Assembly (NCBI GenBank): GCA_945865625.1
Contig: CAMBFD010000002.1
Coordinates: 35,857-99,856 of the forward strand
Direction: 5' to 3'
Source: Chitinophaga pinensis
GTDB taxonomy: Bacteria > Bacteroidota > Bacteroidia > NS11-12g > UBA955
Length of the DNA stretch: 64,000 bases
Both the position numbers and the translations under genes were made by a program. Below are positions 48,864 to 58,300 of the stretch, piece by piece (position 1 is the first letter of the stretch; every line of letters begins with the position of its first letter). The notes beneath the pieces are model-generated. The model had not been told where the DNA came from. It ran no database searches and worked only from the letters and a program-made list of their open reading frames with translations.

Positions 48864-49970
48864 ATGTCGGTGAAACTATTCCAAATTATTCATGAAATTG
48901 AGTCTATTGCACCATTGTATCTTCAAGAGCCATATGACAATAGCGGATTATTGGTGGGAAATAAAAATCAAGAAATTCATCAAGCTCTTGTGTGTTTAGA
49001 TTGCACTGAAGCCGTAATTGATGAAGCAATCGCAAAAAATTGCAACCTTGTAATTGCACATCATCCTTTGATTTTTGGGGGATTGAAACGCTTGGTTGGA
49101 CAGAACGATGTTCAACGGGCTGTTGTTAAGGCCATTCAACACAACATTGCTTTGTATGCCTGTCATACCAACCTCGACAATGTTTTAAAACATGGTGTGA
49201 ATGAAAAGATTGCTCAAAAATTGGAGCTAAATCATTTAAAAGTATTGCAGCCAAAGAAAAATATCCTTCAAAAATTAAGTGTTTTTGTGCCAACTGATAA
49301 CGCTCAAACATTGACAGATGCCTTGTTTACCGCGGGTGCTGGAAACATCGGGAATTACAGTGAATGTGGTTTTTCTCATGAGGGACAAGGGAGTTTCAAG
49401 CCAAATGATGGCTCGAAACCAACAATTGGCCAACTGGGCACGAGAGAAGTTTTAACTGAGACAAAAATAGAAGTTGTTTTTCCAGCTTGGAAATCATCTG
49501 AGATTTTATCAGCTATGTTTGATGCGCATCCTTATGAAGAAGTTGCCTACCATTTGGTGACAATGGAAAATGCTGTTCATGAATTTGGAAGTGGCGTGGT
49601 TGGTGAATTGGCAAATTCGATGTCGAAAATCGATTTTTTAAATCATTTGAAAGAAAAAATGGAATTAGACGTGTTTAAGCATACGGAATTTTTTGGTGTA
49701 GAAATTAAAAAAGTTGCAATTTGTGGTGGTTCGGGAGCCTTTTTAATTCAGAGGGCAAAGTCAGTCAATGCTGATGTTTACATCAGTTCGGACATCAAAT
49801 ACCATGAATTTTTTGATGCAGAGAAGCAATTGATGATTTGCGATATTGGTCATTTTGAGAGCGAAAAATACACGATTGATTTGATAATGGACATTTTATC
49901 AAAAAAATTCCCTAATTTTGCAACCATTTTTGCACATACTAATACCAACCCTATTCAATATTATCGATAA
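48864..49970 (+). CDS. Nif3-like dinuclear metal centre protein
   Basis: 368 aa: AHHPLIF...CHTNLD...GHFESE, with the inserted PII-like domain. Confidence 0.85.
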   Translation: MSVKLFQIIHEIESIAPLYLQEPYDNSGLLVGNKNQEIHQALVCLDCTEAVIDEAIAKNCNLVIAHHPLIFGGLKRLVGQNDVQRAVVKAIQHNIALYACHTNLDNVLKHGVNEKIAQKLELNHLKVLQPKKNILQKLSVFVPTDNAQTLTDALFTAGAGNIGNYSECGFSHEGQGSFKPNDGSKPTIGQLGTREVLTETKIEVVFPAWKSSEILSAMFDAHPYEEVAYHLVTMENAVHEFGSGVVGELANSMSKIDFLNHLKEKMELDVFKHTEFFGVEIKKVAICGGSGAFLIQRAKSVNADVYISSDIKYHEFFDAEKQLMICDIGHFESEKYTIDLIMDILSKKFPNFATIFAHTNTNPIQYYR

Positions 49971-49973
49971 AAC

Positions 49974-50771
49974 ATGGATGTAACCGTTGAGAAAAAACTA
50001 CAAGACCTTTGGAAGCTTCAACAAATTGACAATAAAATTGACAATTTGAGAGCCGTATTGGGTGAATTGCCGATGGAAGTATCGGATTTGGAAGATGATA
50101 TTGCTGGTTTCGAAACCAGAGTAGATCATTTCAATGAAGAGATTGGTTCTTTAAACCATGAGGCGGCTAATAAAAAATTGGCCATAAAAGATTTCCAAAG
50201 ATTAATTGAAAAATACGAAGATCAATTAAATAATATCAAAAACAGTCGTGAATTCGAAGCGATTGACAAAGAAAAAGAAATTGCTGGATTGGAAATTTTA
50301 ACTGCTGAGAAAAAAATTCGCGAATACGTTAAACAAGTTGAAGCTAAAACTGAAGTTTTAGAGCAAGCTAAAGCGGCTTTAGAAAGTCGTCGTGCCGATT
50401 TAGAATTCAAGAAAGCTGAATTAACAGAAATTGAAAAAGAGAACGAAGAAGAAATTCAGAAGTTGAACAAAGACCGCGAAGGTGCAGCTAAGAAATTAGA
50501 TGAGCGTTATTTCCGTGCATACCATAGAATTCGTGAAAACATGAAGAATGGTGTTGCGGTTGCTCCAATCATGCGTGGATCTTGCGGTGGATGTTTCTCA
50601 AAGATTCCTCCTCAGCGTCACTCCGACATTCGAGCGCATTACAAAATTATTGATTGCGAACATTGTGGTCGTATTCTCGTAGATCAACACGTAAGTGGTA
50701 TCGCTGCTTTCGCTGAAATTAAAGAAGACAAACCAACACGCAGAAAAATGCGTTTAACTGCAGCAAAATAA
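49974..50771 (+). CDS. Coiled-coil zinc-ribbon protein (COG1579/DUF164-like)
   Basis: 265 aa with a long coiled coil, then CGGC...CEHCGR. The Nif3 partnership is conserved. Confidence 0.75.
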   Translation: MDVTVEKKLQDLWKLQQIDNKIDNLRAVLGELPMEVSDLEDDIAGFETRVDHFNEEIGSLNHEAANKKLAIKDFQRLIEKYEDQLNNIKNSREFEAIDKEKEIAGLEILTAEKKIREYVKQVEAKTEVLEQAKAALESRRADLEFKKAELTEIEKENEEEIQKLNKDREGAAKKLDERYFRAYHRIRENMKNGVAVAPIMRGSCGGCFSKIPPQRHSDIRAHYKIIDCEHCGRILVDQHVSGIAAFAEIKEDKPTRRKMRLTAAK

Positions 50772-50787
50772 TTAGGTTGCAAAACAT

Positions 50788-50825
50788 AAAAAAAAAGGTG
50801 CGAAAATTTTCGCACCTTTTTTTTT
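50788..50825. terminator. Bidirectional rho-independent terminator
   Basis: 9-A run, stem ggtgcg (50797-50802), loop aaaatttt, stem cgcacc (50811-50816), 9-T run. Confidence 0.85.
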
Positions 50826-50986
50826 GCTTATGGGCTTATATGCTTATTTGTTTATGGGCTTATAAGCTTATCGGTTTATAAGTAAACTTGAACCCTTATA
50901 AACATTCATAAACATATTTAAAGTTTAGCGTTTAATGTTTATATCTAATCCCTCTAATCTTTCTAATCCTTCTAATCCTTCTAACC
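50826..50986. repeat. Intergenic mosaic of short tandem repeats, copy B (period-8 G[CT]TTATNN x7, period-7 GTTTANN x3, period-9 CTAATCNNT x5)
   Basis: G[CT]TTAT occurs at 50826, 834, 842, 850, 858, 866 and 874. gtttagc/gtttaat/gtttata lie at 50923-50943. CTAAT occurs at 50945, 954, 963 and 972, with CTAAC at 981. The block ends 3 nt from the panB stop. Confidence 0.85.
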
Positions 50987-50988
50987 GT

Positions 50989-51804
50989 TCAGTATTTCTC
51001 CTTATCGTTAGGAAAATCAACTGATTTTACATCGGTTATGTATTGTTGAACTGCCCCTTTGATTTCGTCGTACAAGTTTAAATATCTACGTAGAAATCTT
51101 GGATTAAACTGTTTGGTAATGCCCAACATGTCATGAACAACCAAAACTTGTCCGTCAACGCCGCTACCTGCTCCAATTCCAATTACAGGGATGCTCACAG
51201 TATCTGCAACGCGTTTTGCCAATTCGGCAGGAATTTTCTCCAAAACCAACGCAAAGCAACCCGCTTCTTCAAGGAGTTTACTATCTCTTAATAATTTCTC
51301 AGCTTCGTCATTTTCAGTTGCGCGCACGGTATAGGTTCCAAATTTGTATATGCTTTGCGGGGTTAATCCCAAATGGCCCATTACAGGAACGCCAGCCGTT
51401 AAAATTCGTTTAATACTTTCAATGATTTCTTCGCCACCTTCCATTTTAATTGCGTGGGCACCGCTTTCCTTCATGATTCTGATGGTACTGTTTAAAGCTT
51501 CTTTTGAGTTTCCTTGGTAGCTACCAAAAGGCAAATCAACAACCACAAGGGCTCTATTTACGCCTCTCACAACGCTGCTTGCATGATAGATCATTTGATC
51601 GAGTGTTATTGGCAATGTGGTTTCATGTCCGGCCATCACATTCGAGGCACTGTCGCCAACCAGTATAACGTCTATCCCAGCGTCATCTATGATGGTTGCT
51701 GTGGAATAATCATATGCTGTAAGCATAGAAATTTTTTCACCCCTCGACTTCATTTCGTGAAGCACATGTGTAGTGATTTTTTTATCTTCTCGATGTACTG
51801 ACAT
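50989..51804 (-). CDS. panB: 3-methyl-2-oxobutanoate hydroxymethyltransferase
   Basis: [32 protein letters not shown] from ATG 51804, then [10 protein letters not shown] and MGHLGLTPQ. The track start at 51834 adds 10 aa. Confidence 0.93.
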   Translation of the reverse strand: MSVHREDKKITTHVLHEMKSRGEKISMLTAYDYSTATIIDDAGIDVILVGDSASNVMAGHETTLPITLDQMIYHASSVVRGVNRALVVVDLPFGSYQGNSKEALNSTIRIMKESGAHAIKMEGGEEIIESIKRILTAGVPVMGHLGLTPQSIYKFGTYTVRATENDEAEKLLRDSKLLEEAGCFALVLEKIPAELAKRVADTVSIPVIGIGAGSGVDGQVLVVHDMLGITKQFNPRFLRRYLNLYDEIKGAVQQYITDVKSVDFPNDKEKY

Positions 51805-51925
51805 ATTGGTCTTTTGTAATGCAAATTTGTACATTTATCTTGGTTTATTGAAATATCCAAGAATATTATTTGTAAATACCATTAAAACGAACCGATTTAC
51901 TTGACATAAATTGGAGTTTTTGCAA

Positions 51926-51955
51926 TTGAATATTTTCATTTTTAAACTATCTTTG
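51926..51955 (+). promoter_or_regulatory. Promoter TTG-N19-TATCTTTG for the downstream lipoprotein gene
   Basis: TTG at 51926-51928, -7 box at 51948-51955, 19-nt spacer. Confidence 0.5.
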
Positions 51956-51972
51956 TGTTTTGACAGAATGTG

Positions 51973-52965
51973 ATGGAAGATTTTTTTAAGCGGTATTCTT
52001 ACGTTTTATTGTTTGGTTTTTTATTTTCGATAGCCACAACTTCTTGCGAAAACGAGGTTGATATCAATGCTGATTGGAAAGAAACCATCATTATTTATGG
52101 ATTGCTAGACGCCAACGATTCCATTCAGTACATAAAAATCAATAAAGCATTTTTAAATGAAAAGCAAAGTGCCTATCAGGTTGCACAAATTGCGGATAGT
52201 TTATATCTAGATTCAGTTCGTGCTTCAATTACAGATTTAAATACAGGAGAGGTCATTCCTTTAATAAGAATCAATAAGTTGCCAAAAGATTCAGGCATTT
52301 TCAACAATGATGTAAACTTTTTATGGCAAACATCTCGAAAGCTATCGGAAGGGAGAGAATACGAAATCAATGTTCGTAATCCCATAACCGGAATCGCTGT
52401 GAATGCAAGAACAAAAACAGTTTCAACCGCAAGTATTCGTGCCCCTTTTACAAGTAAAAAATCAATATTCTCATTAGGAACAGATTATATCACGGTATTG
52501 TGTTCTCCAGGTTTGAATTCAAAAGCTTACGACATTAAATTTACGGTTGAATACGAAGAAATAAATACGAACGATACTTCTGTTAAAGTAACTAAAACTG
52601 CAATATGGAATATGGTGAGTAATTTTCAAGTTTCCTCGGGTGACTTGATTCGTAAAATTGAAAAAACTGCATTTTTGCAATTTTTAGGGAATACCATCAA
52701 TGCAGATCCCAATTATTTGCATAGGATTAAATCTGTAGGTGCAATATTTTATGGAGGGAACCAAGACTTAGTTGATTATATCTCGGTAAATGAACCATCT
52801 ATTGGAATTGTTCAGAAGCAATCTGAATATAGCAATGTAAAAGGTGGATTAGGGTTGTTCGCCAGTCGCTGCAAACAAGAAATCAGTGGCATTAAATTTG
52901 ACCCGGCGTCTGTAAAGAATTTGCAAACAAGTCCTTATACCAAGGCTTTGAATTTTATTCAATAA
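51973..52965 (+). CDS. Hypothetical lipoprotein
   Basis: The lipobox-like SIATTSC follows a hydrophobic leader. ATG 51973 is preferred over GTG 51970. Faint resemblance to DUF4249-type lipoproteins, but not supportable without a search. Confidence 0.5.
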   Translation: MEDFFKRYSYVLLFGFLFSIATTSCENEVDINADWKETIIIYGLLDANDSIQYIKINKAFLNEKQSAYQVAQIADSLYLDSVRASITDLNTGEVIPLIRINKLPKDSGIFNNDVNFLWQTSRKLSEGREYEINVRNPITGIAVNARTKTVSTASIRAPFTSKKSIFSLGTDYITVLCSPGLNSKAYDIKFTVEYEEINTNDTSVKVTKTAIWNMVSNFQVSSGDLIRKIEKTAFLQFLGNTINADPNYLHRIKSVGAIFYGGNQDLVDYISVNEPSIGIVQKQSEYSNVKGGLGLFASRCKQEISGIKFDPASVKNLQTSPYTKALNFIQ

Positions 52966-53188
52966 TATTTTCTGAATTTAAAGGGATCTTTATCCCTCAT
53001 GAATAATTTACTCAATACAATCGATCAAGTTTGTATTCAATTTTTGGCCCTTTGTCACGTCAATTTGACTTTTTGTTCTTTTTTTTCGCATGGGAAACTG
53101 ACACATTATGACAATTCGGCAGTTAAGTAGTTGCATTTTATGCTTGGCATTTCCTTTGACATAAACCAAGGAAAGGAAACAAAAAATC

Positions 53189-55102
53189 ATGAGTAAAATA
53201 ATTGGAATTGACTTAGGAACAACCAACAGTTGCGTGGCAGTATTAGAAGGTAACGAACCTGTGGTAATCGCAAACAGCGAAGGCCGTAGAACTACGCCAT
53301 CAATTGTTGCGTTTATGGACAATGGTAACGGAGAGCGTAAAGTGGGTGACCCTGCAAAGCGTCAAGCCATTACCAATCCAACGCACACTGTGCAGTCGAT
53401 CAAACGTTTCATGGGAGAAAAATACTCTTCGATGATTACTGAAATGGGTCGAGTGCCTTACGAAGTTGTGAAAGGTGATAACGATACCCCTCGTGTTAAA
53501 ATTGGTGATCGCCAATTTACTCCTCAAGAAATCAGTGCTATGGTGCTTCAAAAAATGAAGAAAACTGCCGAAGATTACTTAGGACAAGAAGTTACGCGTG
53601 CGGTAATTACGGTACCTGCTTATTTTAATGATGCTCAGCGTCAAGCAACAAAAGAGGCTGGTGAAATTGCAGGTTTAAAAGTTGAACGTATCATTAACGA
53701 ACCAACTGCTGCGGCTTTGGCTTATGGATTAGATAAAACTGATCGCGATATTAAGATTGCTGTTTACGATTTAGGTGGTGGAACGTTCGACGTTTCTGTT
53801 CTTGAATTGGGAGATGGTGTTTTTGAAGTAAAAAGTACAAATGGAGATACCCATTTAGGTGGTGACGATTTTGACCAAGTCATTATTGACTGGTTGGCAG
53901 ATGAATTTAAAAACGATGAAAACATTGACTTGCGCAAAGATCCAATGGCGTTGCAACGTTTGAAGGAAGCGGCTGAAAAAGCAAAAATTGAATTGTCAAG
54001 TAGCACCGAAACAGATATCAATTTGCCTTATGTTACTGCAATTGATGGTGTGCCGAAGCATTTAGTGCGTAAAATGACAAGAAGCAAGTTTGAGCAATTG
54101 GCTGAATCATTGATTCAAAGAACGCTTGAGCCTTGCAAAAAAGCTTTGAAAGATGCAGGTATGTCTTCAAGCGATATTGATGAAGTTATTTTAGTTGGTG
54201 GTTCTACGCGTATTCCTGCAATTCAAAAATTGGTTGAAGATTTCTTCGGAAGAACTCCAAGTAAAGGTGTAAATCCGGATGAAGTTGTTGCAATTGGTGC
54301 TTGTATTCAAGGCGGTGTGTTAACCGGTGAAGTTAAAGATATCTTGTTGTTAGATGTTACCCCTTTGAGCTTAGGTATTGAAACAATGGGTGGTGTAATG
54401 ACAAAAATGATTGAGTCAAACACAACCATCCCTTCCAAGAAAACGGAAACATTCTCAACTGCTGCCGACAATCAACCTTCTGTAGAAATTCATATCATTC
54501 AAGGTGAGCGTCCAATGGCTAACGACAATAAAACAATTGGTCGTTTCATTTTAGATAGCATTCCTCCAGCACAACGAGGTGTTCCTCAAATTGAAGTGAC
54601 CTTCGATATCGATGCAAACGGCATTTTGAATGTAAGCGCTAAAGATAAAGCTACCGGAAAAGAACAAAAGATTAGAATTGAAGCGAGTAGTGGTTTGAGC
54701 AAAGAGGATATTGAGAAAATGAAGAAAGAAGCTGAGCAAAATGCAGAAGCTGATTTAAGAAGAAAAGAAGAAGCAGACAAAGTAAATGCTGCAGATTCAC
54801 TTGTATTTAGCACCGAAAAACAACTCAAGGAATATGGTGATAAGTTACCTGCTGAAAAAAAGACAACCATTGAAGAAGCTGCTGCGAAATTAAAAGAAGC
54901 AGTTGCTGCAAAGAATTTTGCGGATATGGAAATTCATAGCAAAACTTTAAATGATGCATGGCAGGCAGCAAGCCAAGATATGTACAATGCAACTGGCGGT
55001 CAACCAGGCGCTGAGGGGCAAGAAAACGCAGATGCAGGTCAAAACAATGGCAATGCAAAAGCCGATGAAGTTCAGGATGTTGACTTTGAAGAAGTTAAAT
55101 AA
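53189..55102 (+). CDS. dnaK: Molecular chaperone DnaK (Hsp70)
   Basis: 637 aa: [35 protein letters not shown]. Confidence 0.98.
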   Translation: MSKIIGIDLGTTNSCVAVLEGNEPVVIANSEGRRTTPSIVAFMDNGNGERKVGDPAKRQAITNPTHTVQSIKRFMGEKYSSMITEMGRVPYEVVKGDNDTPRVKIGDRQFTPQEISAMVLQKMKKTAEDYLGQEVTRAVITVPAYFNDAQRQATKEAGEIAGLKVERIINEPTAAALAYGLDKTDRDIKIAVYDLGGGTFDVSVLELGDGVFEVKSTNGDTHLGGDDFDQVIIDWLADEFKNDENIDLRKDPMALQRLKEAAEKAKIELSSSTETDINLPYVTAIDGVPKHLVRKMTRSKFEQLAESLIQRTLEPCKKALKDAGMSSSDIDEVILVGGSTRIPAIQKLVEDFFGRTPSKGVNPDEVVAIGACIQGGVLTGEVKDILLLDVTPLSLGIETMGGVMTKMIESNTTIPSKKTETFSTAADNQPSVEIHIIQGERPMANDNKTIGRFILDSIPPAQRGVPQIEVTFDIDANGILNVSAKDKATGKEQKIRIEASSGLSKEDIEKMKKEAEQNAEADLRRKEEADKVNAADSLVFSTEKQLKEYGDKLPAEKKTTIEEAAAKLKEAVAAKNFADMEIHSKTLNDAWQAASQDMYNATGGQPGAEGQENADAGQNNGNAKADEVQDVDFEEVK

Positions 55103-55116
55103 TTTACATTATATCA

Positions 55117-55150
55117 GAAAAATGCCGTCCATTGGGCGGCATTTTTTTTT
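55117..55150 (+). terminator. Rho-independent terminator after dnaK
   Basis: 9-bp stem 55122-55130 / 55134-55142 (one G-U pair), 3-nt loop, then a 9-T run. Confidence 0.8.
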
Positions 55151-55187
55151 ACCCATTTCAATTTACACACTTATCTTTGAAAAAAAT

Positions 55188-55805
55188 ATGAGAATTAAAT
55201 TCAGATTAGGCTTTATTTTCATTTCTGTTTTGGCTGCTTGTCAAGGCAATTTGAAAGAAAATGAGGCTGATGCGCCTATTGACAATAGAGACAAAGATAC
55301 TTTTGCGGTGGTGCAAATAAATCCCAATGATACTGCAAAAATGGAGTCATTTTCTGTAGATAGTTTAAAAATGTGTGTTGCGTTTCAAATCGCGGCAAAT
55401 GAATTCACCACCGGCTATAAAATGAAGAATGTGCCCATTTATGCAAAGTATTTACATCCCTCAATTGTAAAAATGAATGGAGGATTGGAAGCGTTTAAAA
55501 GTAAAATTAAAACGTATATTGCTCAAGATACCATTCAGTTTTCTAAAATGATAACTGGACCCGTAAAAAGAGTCGAAGCGGCTATTGATCCGAAGGGGAA
55601 AGTTACGGGGTGGTATTGCTTAATGCCGGTACGAAGATGGCCTCTGTATACTCGGAAAGAAATTAAAGTTCAATGGCTGGCGGGTCAATCACTCGACCAT
55701 GGTAGAAACATTTATTTTATTGATATCACCGGAGTGCCTAAAGAGAAAATTTATCAAATTATGCCTGATTATCATTTTTTGATGGAAAAAGAAATCAACC
55801 GATAA
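55188..55805 (+). CDS. Hypothetical lipoprotein
   Basis: ATG 55188 gives MRIKFRLGFIFISVLAACQG (lipobox LAAC). The track ORF starting at 54951 runs through the dnaK 3' end and its terminator, so it is rejected. Confidence 0.55.
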   Translation: MRIKFRLGFIFISVLAACQGNLKENEADAPIDNRDKDTFAVVQINPNDTAKMESFSVDSLKMCVAFQIAANEFTTGYKMKNVPIYAKYLHPSIVKMNGGLEAFKSKIKTYIAQDTIQFSKMITGPVKRVEAAIDPKGKVTGWYCLMPVRRWPLYTRKEIKVQWLAGQSLDHGRNIYFIDITGVPKEKIYQIMPDYHFLMEKEINR

Positions 55806-55806
55806 T

Positions 55807-55840
55807 AAAAAAAACTCAAGATTTCTCTTGAGCTTTTTTT
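55807..55840. terminator. Bidirectional rho-independent terminator (lipoprotein gene / fsa)
   Basis: A-run, stem ctcaag (55815-55820), loop atttct, stem cttgag (55827-55832), then c + 7 T. Confidence 0.7.
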
Positions 55841-55870
55841 AGGACTTAAAAGGAATATTTCCGTATTTGA

Positions 55871-56530
55871 TTAAGCTTTGTTTGCTTTTGCGTGATCTGC
55901 TAAGAATTGTGCTAAGCCAATATCGGTTAATGGGTGTTTTAATAAGCCTAAAATAGCACTCAGTGGGCAGGTTACAACATCTGCTCCGTTTGTTGCAGAT
56001 TGCACAATGTGCAATGGTGTGCGCACACTTGCCGCTAAAATTTGTGTTTCATAACCTTGAACTGCATAGATTTCAGCAATGCTCTTGATTAAATCCATAC
56101 CATCCCAGCTAATATCGTCGATTCTACCAATAAAGGGAGATAGGTAAGTTGCACCAGCTTTTGCAGCTAAAATTGCTTGACCTGCGCTAAAAACCAAAGT
56201 GCAATTTGTACGAATGCCTTTACGAGTGAAATAAGAAATTGCTTTGATACCATCTTTAATCATTGGTACTTTTACCACAATATTTTCGTGAAGTGCAGCC
56301 AATTTTTCGCCTTCTGCAATCATTCCAGCATAATCTGTAGAAATAACCTCTGCAGAAACATCGCCATCAACAATTGCGCAGATGTCTTTGTAGTGTTGCA
56401 TTACAGCAGCCTCTCCAACTATTCCTTCTTTTGCCATTAATGAAGGGTTAGTGGTTACACCATCTAAGATGCCTAAATCGTTGGCCTCTCTAATTTGATC
56501 TAAATTTGCGGTATCAATAAAGAATTTCAT
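55871..56530 (-). CDS. fsa: Fructose-6-phosphate aldolase / transaldolase family 3B
   Basis: 219 aa: MKFFIDTANLDQIREANDLGILDGVTTNPSL, with the Schiff-base Lys context VVKVP. Confidence 0.9.
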   Translation of the reverse strand: MKFFIDTANLDQIREANDLGILDGVTTNPSLMAKEGIVGEAAVMQHYKDICAIVDGDVSAEVISTDYAGMIAEGEKLAALHENIVVKVPMIKDGIKAISYFTRKGIRTNCTLVFSAGQAILAAKAGATYLSPFIGRIDDISWDGMDLIKSIAEIYAVQGYETQILAASVRTPLHIVQSATNGADVVTCPLSAILGLLKHPLTDIGLAQFLADHAKANKA

Positions 56531-56537
56531 AATGTTA

Positions 56538-56545
56538 CAAAGTTA
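56538..56545 (-). promoter_or_regulatory. -7 box TAACTTTG upstream of fsa
   Basis: Plus-strand caaagtta, 7 nt from ATG 56530. No clean -33. Confidence 0.3.
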
Positions 56546-56663
56546 CAACACCTTATTCCTTTAATCTTATCTTGCTCGCAGAAAGTCATGCACAATTTTT
56601 CAATATTCCACGATGAACACAATGCGTTTATCGGTTATTCTTTATTTTTGAGGGACATTTAGT

Positions 56664-56671
56664 TAAATTTG
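56664..56671 (+). promoter_or_regulatory. -7 box TAAATTTG upstream of the PTPS-folE pair
   Basis: Exact TAnnTTTG match about 100 nt upstream of ATG 56772. No clean -33. Confidence 0.3.
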
Positions 56672-56771
56672 CAGTTCGATTGGTTGAATCATTAAACAAA
56701 ATACACAACTTTTTTTTGTTTAATAAAACTATTTCTTCCTTTCGATGGTTTATATATAACAAATACAACAC

Positions 56772-57197
56772 ATGAATCGAAAAGTTGCCGTATATCGCAC
56801 CGCACATTTTAATGCAGCGCATCGCTTAAATGTTCCTCAGTGGACAGATGAGCAAAACATAGCTTTTTTTGGCTTATGTAATAATTCAAACTACCACGGT
56901 CACAATTACGATTTACAAGTTTGTGTGGTCGGTGAAGTTGATGAAGTTTCGGGGTATTTAATCGATATGAAAACACTTAAAAAATATATCGATGAAGAAG
57001 TGGTAGAAGCTTTTGATCATAAGAATTTAAATCTCGACGTTCCCGAATTTAAAGCGTTAAATCCCACTGCAGAAAATATTGTCTGGGTTATTTGGAAGAA
57101 ATTAAGAAACCGATTGGAAGATCGTTTCGAGTTAAGTGTTCGACTTTATGAAACACCTCGTAATTTTGTAGAGTTTGATGGAAAACAAGTTAAATAA
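56772..57197 (+). CDS. 6-pyruvoyl-tetrahydropterin / 6-carboxy-tetrahydropterin synthase family (PTPS/QueD)
   Basis: 141 aa: FNAAHRL and GLCNNSNYHGHNY (Cys + His-Gly-His Zn site). Confidence 0.85.
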   Translation: MNRKVAVYRTAHFNAAHRLNVPQWTDEQNIAFFGLCNNSNYHGHNYDLQVCVVGEVDEVSGYLIDMKTLKKYIDEEVVEAFDHKNLNLDVPEFKALNPTAENIVWVIWKKLRNRLEDRFELSVRLYETPRNFVEFDGKQVK

Positions 57198-57861
57198 AAC
57201 CGTCTCTCAATGGGATGAAATAGGCGATTCGCATGTCGGATGTACAAAAGATACCCCTTTGCGAGAAGATGCTTTCGCAATGGATGATCAATTAAAAATT
57301 GAACTCATTGCCAAACACTTTAAAGAAATTATGCATGTGTTAGGGTTGGACCTTACCGACGAAAGTCTTCAAGGCACTCCGTTGCGCGTTGCAAAAATGT
57401 TCATCAATGAGCATTTCAAAGGCTTAGATCCTAAAAATAAACCACTTCCAACTTTGTTTGAAAATAATTTTGGATACCAAGAAATGTTGGTAGAAAAAGA
57501 TATTAATTTTCACTCTACTTGCGAGCATCATTTTGTTCCCATTTACGGAAAGGCTCACATTGCTTATATCAGTAGTGGTAAAGTTATAGGATTGTCTAAG
57601 TTAAATAGAATTGTTGATTACTATTCTAAACGTCCTCAAGTTCAGGAAAGATTAACCATTCAAGTTGCTGAAGAATTGAAAGAAGTTCTTCAAACAGAAA
57701 ATGTTGCTGTTGTAATGGACGCAAAACACTTATGTGTTGCAAGCAGGGGAATTAAAGACATTACGAGCTCAACCATTACAGCCAGTTACAGTGGTAAATT
57801 CAATGTCCCTGAAACACGCAATGAATTCTTGAAATATATAGGCTTTTCTGAGGGAAAGTGA
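57175..57861 (+). CDS. folE: GTP cyclohydrolase I
   Basis: 228 aa: STCEHHFVPIYGKAHIAYI, QVQERLT, HLCVASRG. Confidence 0.95.
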   Translation: MMENKLNKTVSQWDEIGDSHVGCTKDTPLREDAFAMDDQLKIELIAKHFKEIMHVLGLDLTDESLQGTPLRVAKMFINEHFKGLDPKNKPLPTLFENNFGYQEMLVEKDINFHSTCEHHFVPIYGKAHIAYISSGKVIGLSKLNRIVDYYSKRPQVQERLTIQVAEELKEVLQTENVAVVMDAKHLCVASRGIKDITSSTITASYSGKFNVPETRNEFLKYIGFSEGK

Positions 57862-58300
57862 TTGTATCTTGAATTACTTGAGCTTTAACGCTATAAATAC
57901 TGGTTGTAAATGTAAATAGCAAAACAACTAAAAATTTATTCATTCGCAATTATAAGTAAAAATGGTATACAGTTCAAGATTATATCAGATAAAAAGTATT
58001 TTGGGTTTTGATCATGAATGGATTTTAAAAATTTATCGGATGGTGATCTATTGAACATTCATTTAAATTTGGTAATAGTCTCATCTTGAAGTTTGGTAAA
58101 GGAATATTGCATCTTTGCCAAATAACAATTTTTATTTTAACTGATTTTCAATATTTTTGTTTTTTAGTCGCGTGCAGCATAAAAAATGTTTAAATATCTT
58201 TTAATTTAACTTTAAATATATTTACAACCAAACCAATTGAATGATCAATAAAAATAATGTTAACTTTACTAATTTAAAATCTGGGACAAAATAGTTTTTT

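Noticed and set aside
53008-53322. 104-aa minus-strand ORF over the dnaK start, plus other antisense ORFs inside dnaK, lepA, atpD, the helicase gene and others listed in the track
   Set aside because: All are embedded antisense or out of frame within strongly supported conserved genes and show no motifs. They are typical spurious ORFs.
54951-55187. N-terminal 79 codons of the track ORF 54951-55805
   Set aside because: This part overlaps the dnaK 3' end out of frame and spans the dnaK terminator. The internal ATG 55188 yields a clean lipoprotein signal peptide.
56531-56771. Possible preQ1 or folate-type riboswitch upstream of the PTPS-folE pair
   Set aside because: I could not find the preQ1 hairpin plus A-rich tail or any convincing conserved structure by eye. 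An Rfam scan would be needed before claiming anything.
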